A program made the translations under genes and the position numbers. Positions 11,106-20,259 of a stretch of DNA of 64,000 bases are shown here, one piece after another. The notes beneath the pieces were generated by a model. That model ran no database searches. It had not been told where the DNA came from and worked only from the letters and a program-made list of their open reading frames with translations. The stretch spans positions 179,350-243,349 of the forward strand of contig CAWAZX010000025.1 in assembly GCA_963786455.1 (NCBI GenBank), given 5' to 3'. This DNA comes from an uncultured Planctomycetota bacterium (GTDB taxonomy: Bacteria; Planctomycetota; Planctomycetia; Pirellulales; Lacipirellulaceae). The stretch's first letter is position 1, and each line of letters opens with the position of its first letter.

Positions 11106-12800
11106 ATGCGAATTCACGATTGCGATTCGTTCTATTGGCCTTGCTTGGATTGCGTTGTCGGCAATCGTCGGCGTCGCAATCACTGCTGCGCGCAGGAACT
11201 TTTCCGTCTCCATTCGCGTCGATGCGCGGCGCACCGCTGGCGAGTTGAAGCCGATTTGGCGATTCTTCGGCGCGCGACGAGCCAAACTACGCCACGATGA
11301 AGAACGGCCAGAAGCTGTCGGCGAGCTGGGCGAGCTGCGCGCCGAAGCAGGTTTTTTTCCGCACGCACAATCTGCTCTGCTCCGGCGACGGCACGCCCGC
11401 GCTGAAATGGGGCTCCACCGAACGCCTACCGCGAGGACGCCGACGGCAAGCCAGTCTACGACTGGACGATTCTCGACCGGATCTTCGACACGTATCTCGA
11501 GCGCGGCGTGCGGCCCTACGTGCAGATCGGCTTCATGCCCAAGGACTTGTCGACCAAGCCCGAGCCGTACCAGCACGATTGGAAGCCGCGGCGACGACTA
11601 CGACGCATCTTCACCGGCTGGGCGTATCCGCCGAAGGATTACGAGAAGTGGGCCGAGCTGGTCTACCAGTGGACGAAGCATTGCGTCGACCGCTACGGCC
11701 GCGACGAAGTCGAAACGTGGTACTGGCAAGTCTGGAACGAAGCCAACATCGGCTATTGGCGCGGCACGCCCAGACGAGTTCTTGAAGCTGCACGATTACG
11801 CGATTGCCGGCGTGCGCCGTGCGCTGCCCACCGCGAAGGTTGGCGGGGCCGACACGGCCGGTGACGGCGGCCGCTTCACGCGCCGCTTCATCGAGCACTG
11901 CCTCCACGGCACGAACTTCGCCACAGGCGAAAAAGGCACGCCGCTCGACTTCGTGTCGTTTCACGCCAAAGGCGCGCCGTCGTGTCGTCGACGGCCACGT
12001 GCGCATGGGCATCGCCAACCAGCTCCGCACGATCGACGCCGGTTTTCGCATCATCGCGTCGTACCCGGAAACCAAAGACAAGCCGATCGTCATCGGCGAA
12101 TCGGACCCGGAAGGCTGTGCCGCCTCGCCAAGCTGTACCCGCAACATGACTACCGCAACGGCACGATGTTCTCCAGCTACACGGCGGCCAGTTTTGCCCG
12201 CAAGCACGAACTGGCCGCGCGGCACGGCGTGAATCTCGAAGGCGCCTCACTTGGGCGTTCGAATTTGAAGACCAGCCGTACTTCGCCGGCTATCCGTTCG
12301 CTTGCCACCAACGGCATCGACAAGCCGGTGCTCAACGTGTTTCGCATGTTCAGCAAGATGGGCGGCAAGCGGCTCAGTGTCGAAAGCGACCACGCCGTGC
12401 CGCTCGATCGAATTGTGCGCCGCGGCGTTCGCGAGCAGCCGGACGTTGCTGCGCTGGCCTGCGCTCGACGGCGATACGCTGGCGGTGATGGTGTGGCACT
12501 ACCACGATGATGATGTGCCGGGTCCGGCCGCCGACGTGAAGTTGACGCTGCGAAGGCTTGCCTGTGACAATCGGGCACAGCGAAAATCCAACACTTCCGC
12601 ATCGACGAGGACCACAGCAACGCCTATGCCGCCTGGAAGCGCATGGGTTCACCGCAAGAGCCGACAGATCGAGCAATACGCCGAATTGGAGAAGGCTGGC
12701 CAACTGGCCGAATTGAAGGACGCTGCCGCCGACGTGAAGGTGGAGAATGCACAAGCCACAATCGAATTCAAGCTGCCTCGGCAGGGCGTTTCGTTGCTGA
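11106..12800 (+). CDS. clan GH-A glycoside hydrolase, GH39-like (beta-xylosidase type); at least 8 frame breaks
   Basis: The fragments give FRTHNLLCSGDGTPALKWGSTN, YDWTILDRIFDTYLERGVRPYVQIGFMP, YWQVWNEANIGYW (acid/base NE), DFVSFHAKG, KPIVIGESDPEGC (nucleophile E), YRNGTMFSSYTAASF and GIDKPVLNVFRMFSKMGG. The stop is not resolved: TGA at 12798-12800 is in another frame. Confidence 0.6.
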
Positions 12801-12813
12801 CTCGTGAAACTCA

Positions 12814-13590
12814 ATGGGGCAGCCGCAGCCGCAGACACCGACGACATCCTCTGACAACAGTACACGGCGGGTCGAACCAGTTCCGCCGGCACTGCGCGAA
12901 AAATTCGAGCTCGATCCGTTTTACCAGAAGTACGTCGACGCAGGCGGATTGCCGATCCTCAGCTCGGCCAAGGTATCGCCGGCGGGACTTTTGGAGGCGG
13001 CCTATCTGATCGACCAGATGCTGGCCAATCGTGAAGACGTTCGCCAGGAGATGATCAAGCGGCGCGTGCGGTTCGTCGTCATGGCGCCAACCGAAATGAC
13101 CACCGACGTGCCCGAGCAATCGCACATGGACAGGAGTACTGGGACCGGCGGGCCCGCGGCCTGGGCGGCCGCATTTGTTCATGCGGCGAAGAGAATCTGC
13201 TCAACCTGCCGGGCGACCGCTACTCCAAAGAGAACATTCTCATCCACGAGTTCTCGCACACGATCCACAACTATGGCCTGCGGCGACTGGATGAAGGGTT
13301 TCAACAAACGCCTGACCGAACTCTTCAACGCCGCCAAGGAGAAAGGTCTGTGGCAAGACACGTACGCCGCGTAGCAATCCGGAAGAGTACTGGGCCGAGG
13401 CCGTGCAATCGTATTTCGATTGCAATGCGCCGCCGCGACGTCGTGTTCACAACGAGATTGAACACGCGAGGAGCTGAAGGAATACGACCCGGAATTGTTC
13501 CAACTGATCGACGAGTCGTTCAAAAGTCCCCCGTGGCGATATGTCCGTTACGACAAGCGCCAAAGCACGGCGGCCTCGTCGCCTCAGTAA
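12814..13590 (+). CDS. HExxH gluzincin-like protein of unnamed family, with no visible signal peptide; 3-4 frame breaks; paralog of 44624-46214
   Basis: REKFELDPFYQKYVDAGGLPILSS...RVRFVVMAP...ENLLNLPGDRYSKENILIHEFSHTIHNYG...NPEEYWAEAVQSYFDC...NTREELKEYDPELFQLIDESF. The HExxH motif plus a downstream EYWAE resemble MtfA/M90-type gluzincins. That family link is an inference. Confidence 0.55.
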
Positions 13591-13611
13591 AGACGAATTA
13601 GCGGCGGGGTC

Positions 13612-13654
13612 CGCCACGGCGGATTCGCCGTGGCGAGCTTGCCCCGCGCGGGGC
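13612..13654 (+). terminator. two tandem GC-rich hairpins after the HExxH gene, with no U-tract
   Basis: CGCCACGGCG-GATT-CGCCGTGGCG is a perfect 10-bp stem at 13612-13635. It is followed by GCCCCG-CG-CGGGGC at 13641-13654, 22 nt after the stop at 13590. Confidence 0.4.
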
Positions 13655-13781
13655 ATCCGAACACCCTTGCCACGCCAAATTCGCTCCGACGAATGCGGCG
13701 CCTGCTGGACTTTTACTCTCAATTAAATCATCATAAGGTTCGGATTCTTGTGCACAATGTAAACTCATCGGGGAGCAATCG

Positions 13782-16247
13782 ATGACAGCCAAGTTTACCG
13801 TGAACGCCTCGTGGATTTCTGCGTTCGTATTGTCTCTCGTCGTCCTGAATGCGAACGGACTCAATGCGGTGGCCGATGATTCGCTGCTGCAAAACGCGGA
13901 TGACACCGCAGTTTTAAACGACTTCGACACGCTATCTGACGACGAACAACCGCAATCTCCACAACAGCGGCGAGGTCGCGGCTTTGGAATGCAGGGCGTG
14001 TATAAAGCGCGGCTCGAACCCAATTGGTTCAGCGACAACACGCGATTTTGGTACCGCAATGATCTGGCGCGATCGCAGCAAAGAATTCGTGATCGTCAAT
14101 GCGGCGAGGCGGCGAGCGCGGGGCCGCATTCGATCATGAAAAACTGGCGGCGTCCCTCTCAAAAGCCGCCGAGACAACCTATGAAGCCAATCGGCTGCCG
14201 TTCAATCGCATCGAGTTCACCGATGGTGCAAAGTCCGTGCGATTCGTCGCCGGCGAATCGCAATGGGAGTGCAATCTCGAACGTACGAGTGCGCGAAAGT
14301 CGGCCCGGCGCCCGAAGACAGACAACGATGACGACGAACAAGGCGACGGTCGCGGCAATCGTCGTGGCCGGCGATTCGGCCGAGGCGGCGACCGGCGCGG
14401 TGCCGGCGGCGGGCCGTCTCCCGATGGCAAGTGGAACGCATTTGTCCGTGATAACAACGTTTATGTTCGCGCCAGCCGGCAGCGAAGACGAAAACACCGA
14501 AAACAGCGAACGGCCCGCCGTCGAATTTCAACTCAGCACGGACGGCACCGAAGAAGCCCGCTACGGAATGCTGCAGTGGGCGCCCGATTCCAAAACGCTC
14601 GTCGCATTCCGCATCGAACCGGGCGACCGCAAGGAAGTCTATCTCGTCGAGTCGTCGCCCTCCGGCGGCGGCCGGGCGAACTCTGCGCAGCCGGCCATAC
14701 GACCTGCCCGGCGACAAGCTCACGTCCTACGAGCTGAATGTGTTCAATATCGAGACGAAGAAGCAGATCAAGACCGAACGTCGACAAGATTGACCTCCAC
14801 TTTCCACGTATTTCTTGGAATCGCGACGGCCGGCACTTCGCCTATGAAAAGGTCGACCGCGGCCACCAGCGGTTGCGGATCATCGACGTCGATGCGCACA
14901 CCGGCGAGACGCTTCAACATCATCGACGAGAAGACCGAGACGTTCATCTGGACCGCCCACGCCGAGAACGTCGACCTGGAGCGCATCAACTGGCTGCCCG
15001 ACAGCCGACGAGAGCGATTTACGTCTCCGAGCGCGACGGCTGGCGGCACCTGTACTGGTCGACGCCAAAAAGGGCGGCATCAAGAACCAGATCACCAACG
15101 GCGAGTACGTCGTCCGCGGCATCGACCGCATCGACGAGGAGAAGCGGCAGATCTGGTTCCACGCCAGCGGCAAGAATGCCGACCAGGATCCGTACTTCAT
15201 CCACTACTACCGCGTCAACTTCGACGGCACGGGCCTGGTCGCGCTGACCGAGGGCAACGGCAATCACTCGGTGCAGTTTTCGCCCGACCGCAAGTACCTG
15301 ATCGACACCTACAGCCGCGTCGATCATGCCGCCGATGCACGAGCTGCGCCGCACCGACGGACGGCAAGCTCGTCTGCGAGCTCGAAGAGGCCGACGTCAC
15401 CGAGCTGATGGAGCGCGGCGACTACCATCCGCTGGAAGTCTTCGTCGCCAAGGGCCGCGACGGCAAGACCGACATCTGGGGCGTCATCTGCCGGCCGCGC
15501 GATTTCGATCCCGAGCAAGAAGTATCCGGTCATCGAATCGATCTACGCCGGGCCGCAGGGCTCGTTCGTGCCCAAGTCGTTCAGCGGCGGCAATCGCTAC
15601 GCGTCGCTGACCGACTTGGGCTTCATCGTCGTGCAGATCGACGGCATGGGCACGGCCAACCGCTCCAAGGCGTTTCACGACGTCTGCTGGCACAACCTCA
15701 AGGACGCCGGCTTCCCGGACCGCATCCTGTGGATCAAGGCGGCCGCCGCGAAGTATCCCGTACATGGATACTCAGCCGCGTCGGCATCTACGGCGGCTCG
15801 GCCGGCGGGCAGAACGCGGCGGCCGGCGTGCTGTTCCATCCCGAGTTCTACAAGGTCGCCGTCGCCGGCTGCGGCTGCCACGACAACCGCATGGACAAGG
15901 CCTCGTGGAACGAGCAGTGGATGGGCTACCCCGTCGGGCCGCAGTACGCCGAGTGCTCGAACATCGACAACGCCGCACCGGCTGCAAGGCAAGCTGATGC
16001 TGATCGTCGGCGAGCTGGACAACAACGTGCCCGCCGAATCGACGCTTCGATTGGCCGACGCGCTGATCAAGGCCGGCAAGGATTTCGACCTGGTCGTCGT
16101 GCCCGGCGCGGGCCACGGCATGGGCGGCGAGTACGGCACGCGGCGGATGCACGACTTCTTCGTCCGCCATTTGCTCGGCACCGAACCGCCCGATCGCAAT
16201 GTGCCGAGGGAAACCCGAGTCGCACGACAAACTTCCGGGGCGAATGA
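13782..16247 (+). CDS. S9 family serine peptidase, dipeptidyl-peptidase IV type; at least 9 frame breaks, although the start frame happens to stay open to the stop
   Basis: GGGGAG lies upstream of the ATG, and there is a signal peptide [17 protein letters not shown]-terminal propeller motifs include [18 protein letters not shown] and [12 protein letters not shown]. Catalytic part: [15 protein letters not shown] (GxSxGG), [12 protein letters not shown] and [12 protein letters not shown]. The TGA at 16245-16247 overlaps the next ATG. Confidence 0.8.
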   Translation: MTAKFTVNASWISAFVLSLVVLNANGLNAVADDSLLQNADDTAVLNDFDTLSDDEQPQSPQQRRGRGFGMQGVYKARLEPNWFSDNTRFWYRNDLARSQQRIRDRQCGEAASAGPHSIMKNWRRPSQKPPRQPMKPIGCRSIASSSPMVQSPCDSSPANRNGSAISNVRVRESRPGARRQTTMTTNKATVAAIVVAGDSAEAATGAVPAAGRLPMASGTHLSVITTFMFAPAGSEDENTENSERPAVEFQLSTDGTEEARYGMLQWAPDSKTLVAFRIEPGDRKEVYLVESSPSGGGRANSAQPAIRPARRQAHVLRAECVQYRDEEADQDRTSTRLTSTFHVFLGIATAGTSPMKRSTAATSGCGSSTSMRTPARRFNIIDEKTETFIWTAHAENVDLERINWLPDSRRERFTSPSATAGGTCTGRRQKGRHQEPDHQRRVRRPRHRPHRRGEAADLVPRQRQECRPGSVLHPLLPRQLRRHGPGRADRGQRQSLGAVFARPQVPDRHLQPRRSCRRCTSCAAPTDGKLVCELEEADVTELMERGDYHPLEVFVAKGRDGKTDIWGVICRPRDFDPEQEVSGHRIDLRRAAGLVRAQVVQRRQSLRVADRLGLHRRADRRHGHGQPLQGVSRRLLAQPQGRRLPGPHPVDQGGRREVSRTWILSRVGIYGGSAGGQNAAAGVLFHPEFYKVAVAGCGCHDNRMDKASWNEQWMGYPVGPQYAECSNIDNAAPAARQADADRRRAGQQRARRIDASIGRRADQGRQGFRPGRRARRGPRHGRRVRHAADARLLRPPFARHRTARSQCAEGNPSRTTNFRGE

Positions 16248-18552
16248 CAGTCCGCTCGATTTGTCGGCAATCGCGTCGATTGGCCCGATCTCCAAAATCG
16301 CCGACCGCTTCCGCTCCGACGAAGCCAGCCTGCGTCGGTACTATGTCGTTGAGCAGTCGCCGACCACGCACGCGCGGTTCCGCAAGTTTTACGCCGACTG
16401 GCTGGCGGCCGTGTTGACACTGCCCGAAAGTACCATCGCGGATGGTAACCGTTCGGCCTACGACGAGCTGAAAAACGACATCCTGGAGTCGTTTGCCCGT
16501 GTGGAAAGGAACACGCAACGCGGCGCGAAGGCGGCGCACCTGCTGCCGTTCGCGCCGGCAATCCTCGAATTGGCCGAGGAACGACGGCAGGTGAAGAAAG
16601 TCGACTCGCAAAAGTCGGCGGCAGTCGTCGACAAGCTAGGTCTGGAAATTAAAGCGTTGTGTTCGTCGCTCGAAGCGCGCTTGAAATCGCGGGCGGCGGA
16701 CGATGCGGAGCTTTCCGCCGACAATTTGAAGATGGCAGCCGAAACAGTGCGCGAATTGCGTTCGAATTTGCGTGGTTGGTTTCGGTTCTACGACGGTTAC
16801 GATCCGATGTTCAGTTGGTGGGTGCGAGCGCCTTACCAGAAAACGGACGCGGAGTTGGAAAAGTACGCCGCTCTGTTGATCGAGCCGCCCGCTGCCGAGG
16901 CGACCGCGGCGACGCAAGCCAGCTTTCAAGCTCAAGATAATGACGCCGCGAAGTCGCAAGCGCTGCCCACCAGTGCGAACCCGGCCGAAGTCGATGTGCC
17001 CGATTTGTCGGCGCTCATCGCCGAACCTCCCACGCAAATGGAAGCCATCATCGCCAAGTTTCGCTCCGACTTTCCCGGCTTCGGGGGTTGGGGCGGCGGG
17101 CGCGGCGGTCGTCGAGGCGGAGGTCGTGAATCAGCAGGTGGTGATTTACGCGATGCCGGAGATGACCAAGGAGTTCGCCGACTTGCGGCTCGTGATCGAT
17201 ACGAAGATGACGATGACGACGAAGAGCAACTGGCCGACCGTGACGATTCGGGTCGAGAGCGAACCGCCAGATCGGGCGATCGCCGCCGCGGGCAGCAGAA
17301 TACGCCTGAAGCTCGTGAACGGCAAAAACGCCGCTTGACGGAATGGGCGACTGCACTCGACGGGCTCAATTTCGACAGCTTCTCGCAAGCCGACCGCGTC
17401 GATTATTTGATGCTCAAGAATCACATCCAATACCGGCTGAAGCGGCTGGAAATCGCCAGTGACATCGGACGATGACGAGCGGCCCGCCGCGCTGGATTCC
17501 AGCGGCATCGCCGGCCGGCCAATCGGCCGCGACGCGCTGCTTGGTCGAGCTGCGCAATGAAATGATTCCCTACACGCCGGAGCAACTGCTCGAAATCGCC
17601 GTCCGCGAGAATGCCTGGTGCGAAGCCGAGCTGCTGAAGGCGTCTAACGAAATGGGCCTTGGGGACGATTGGCAGAAAGCTGTGGAAAAAGTGAAGACGA
17701 TGCACGTGCCGCCGGGCGAACAGCCGTACCTGATTCGTGATCTCGCCTGGGAGGCGATCAACTACTTGCGCGAGAACGACCTGGTCACCGTGCCACCGCT
17801 GGCTGCCGAAACCTGGGGACTGCAAATGATGTCGCCGCGCCGGCAGCTGATCAACCCGTTCTTCACCGGCGGCAACGAAATCAGCGTCTCGTTTCCAACC
17901 GATACGATGACGCACGACCAGAAACTGCAAAGCATGCGCGGCAACAACATTCCGTTTGCCCGCGCCACGGTGCATCACGAATTGATTCCAGGACACAATT
18001 TGCAATTCTTCATGACCTCGCGCTACAAGCCCTACCGGCGGCTGTTCTCGACGCCGTTCTGGGGCGAAGGTTGGGCCCTCTATTGGGAAATGGTGCTTGT
18101 ACGCGCGCGGCTTTCCAAAAACGCCGGAGGATCGCGTCGGCTTCCTGGTGTGGCGCAAGCACCGCTGTGCGCGGATTGTGTTCTCGCTCAGTTTCCACCT
18201 GGGCCGCATGCGGCCGCAAGAGTGCATCGACTACCTAGTGGCGAACGTGGGCTTCGACGCTCACAATGCCGCAGCCGAAGTTCGGCGATCGTTCGAAACT
18301 GCCGAGCCGCTCTACCAAGCCGCGTACATGTTAGGCGGGTTGCAATTCCGCGGTCTGCGGGCCGAACTGGTCGATTCCGGCCGCATGACGGACCGCCAAT
18401 TCCACGATGCCGTGCTGCACGAGGGCAACATGCCGGTGGTCATGGTCCGCGCGCTATTCACCGACCAGTCACTGTCAAAAGATGGCGTTCCCGAGTGGCG
18501 GTTCTACGATTCGCTTTCCGGTGAACAGCGCGTGGCCGGCGCAGCACCGTGA
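16244..18552 (+). CDS. DUF885 family protein (putative metallopeptidase fold); 4-6 frame breaks, including a hidden compensated pair
   Basis: The ATG at 16244 overlaps the S9 stop (ATGA). N-terminal part: [35 protein letters not shown]. Also [34 protein letters not shown] (HExxPGH), [11 protein letters not shown], and the C-terminal end [14 protein letters not shown]. Confidence 0.8.
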
Positions 18553-18591
18553 CGGAATTTTGATAGCGTGACCTTTGACAGTTCGTCTCGT

Positions 18592-20090
18592 TCAGATCAG
18601 CTCCGCAATCGGCTCGGTCTGCTCGACGCCGACGAGCTTCTGGTCCAGCCCGCCGTAGAAGTAGGTCAGCCGGTTGGGGTCGAGGCCCATCTGGTGCAGG
18701 ATCGTGGCGTGCAGGTGCTTGACGTGGTACGGGCTTCTCGACGGCGGCGCTGCCGAGTTCGTCGGTCGTGCCGACGCTGACGCCGCCCTTGATGCCGCCG
18801 CCGGCCATCCACATGGTGAAGCCGTAGGCGTTGTGGTCGCGGCCGGTGCCTTTTTCGTATTCGGCGGTCGGCTGCCGGCCGAACTCGCCGCCCCAGACGA
18901 TCAGCGTTTCGTCGAGCAGCCCGCGCTGCTTCAGGTCGGTGATCAGGCCGGCGATCGGCTTGTCGGTTTCGCCGGCGTGCAAGTTGTGGTTCTACGACCA
19001 GGTCGCCGTGGGCGTCCCAGCTCGTGTCGATGTGGTTGCCGCCGGAGTAAATCTGGATGAACCGCACGCCGCGCTCGACCAGCCGGCGGGCCAGCAGGCA
19101 CTGCCGGCCGAACGACGCGCGTCACGTCGCGGTCGAGGCCGTAGAGCTCGAGCGTCTCTTCGGATTCCTCGGCCAGGTCGATCGCCTCGGGCGCCGTGCT
19201 CTGCATCTTGTAGGCCAGCTCGTAGCTGGCGATGCGCGACGCGAGCGTCTGAGTTGCCGCCGCAGCGGTCGAAGTGCTCGTTGTTGTACTGCTGCAGCGT
19301 GTCGAGCAGGTCGCGCTGCGCCGCGTCGCGACATGCCGTCGGGCGGCGCGAGGTCGAGGATCGGCTCGCCCACGGATCGCAGCAGCGTGCCCTGCGAAGT
19401 GGGCCGGCATGTAGCCGCTCGACCAGTTCTTGGCGCCGCTGATCGGCCCGCCGCGGGGGTCGAGCATCACGACGAAGCCGGGCAGGTTCTCGTTCACGCT
19501 GCCCAGGCCGTAGTTCACCCACGAGCCCAGGCACGGGCTGCCGCTGAGGATTTTGCCGCGAGTTCATCTGCAGCATGGCCGAGCCGTGCTGCGGCGAGTC
19601 GGCGGTCATCGAGTGGAGGAACGCGATGTCGTCGACGCACGCCGCCCAGGTGCGGGAACAGGTCGCTGACCCATTTGCCGCACTGGCCGTACTGCTTGAA
19701 CTTCCAGCGCGGCTCGACGATGCGGCCCTCGTTCTTGTGCCCGCCGCGGCCGAAGGTCTTCACCTTCACCGTTTTGTTGTCCATGCCGATACATCGTCGG
19801 CTTGTAGTCGAACGTGTCGATCTGGCTCGGCCCGCCGTACATGAACAGGAAGATGACGCTCTTGGCCTTTGCCGGACGCGGCGACGGCTTCGGCGCGAGC
19901 GGATTGGCGAACTGCGTCTTGGCTGCGGCGGCCTGCGCCGGCGAAAAAGCGCGTCGTCGAGCAGACCTGAAAGGGCCACGCCCGTGAACCCGGCGCCCAT
20001 TTCCCAGAGGAACTCGCGCCGCGTCCGTCCCGCAAAAACTGTTTCGTCGTTGTGCCATAGTTCGATTCCGTGTGAATTAATCTCACTCAA
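18592..20090 (-). CDS. DUF1501 (sulfatase-like) protein with a Tat-type signal; at least 8 frame breaks
   Basis: [79 protein letters not shown], and the C-terminal end [30 protein letters not shown]. The start is TTG at 20090 or ATG at 20058 plus a frame slip. Confidence 0.8.
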
Positions 20091-20113
20091 AGGTGCCGAT
20101 AAATACAGAATTG

Positions 20114-20200
20114 AACCACAAAGATCACAAAGGACACGACGGTAGTTTTCGTCAATTCGCTTGCTTGTAATCCTTCGTGCTCTTCGTGTGCTTCGTGGTT
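20114..20200. repeat. tandem-heptad inverted repeat (long imperfect hairpin) between the DUF1553 stop and the DUF1501 start
   Basis: Left arm, three 9-nt units: CACAAAGAT CACAAAGGA CACGACGGT. Right arm, three 9-nt units: TTCGTGCTC TTCGTGTGC TTCGTGGTT. The arms are reverse complements of each other, with about 20 of 26 positions pairing including G-U, separated by a 35-nt spacer. Confidence 0.7.
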
Positions 20201-20259
20201 GATGTCAAATCACTTGCGCACTTGGCGTGAGTATTTCCGTGTTTGTAAATTGTCCAACG

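Noticed and set aside
9172-12510. A 1112-aa ORF, the longest in the track, which looks like one giant protein.
   Set aside because: It is a GC-rich open frame that only intermittently coincides with the true frames of two different enzymes, GH31 and then the GH39-like hydrolase. Large stretches are Arg/Ala/Pro-rich out-of-frame translation. It is not a real single protein.
17095-17300. An RGG box followed by a poly-Asp/Glu tract in DUF885, considered as an intrinsically disordered insert.
   Set aside because: Third-position GC in that frame is about 40% by hand count, versus about 85% in the alternative frame. The alternative frame joins at G5 and A5 homopolymers, so the RGG/poly-D peptide is most likely an out-of-frame artefact.
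15568-17475. An apparent natural fusion of the S9 peptidase C-terminal end to DUF885 in one 635-aa ORF.
   Set aside because: The frame used by the S9 start codon terminates at 16245-16247 and overlaps an ATG (ATGA). The read-through frame between the two domains (...[21 protein letters not shown]...) has no domain character. Coupled separate genes are more likely.
20114-20200. The short tandem units (also at 48125-48231 and 42609-42640), considered as a possible CRISPR array or minisatellite.
   Set aside because: The units are only 8-10 nt with no spacers, occur in 3-4 copies, and are mirrored as inverted arms. No cas genes are present. They are hairpin-type elements and are reported as such.
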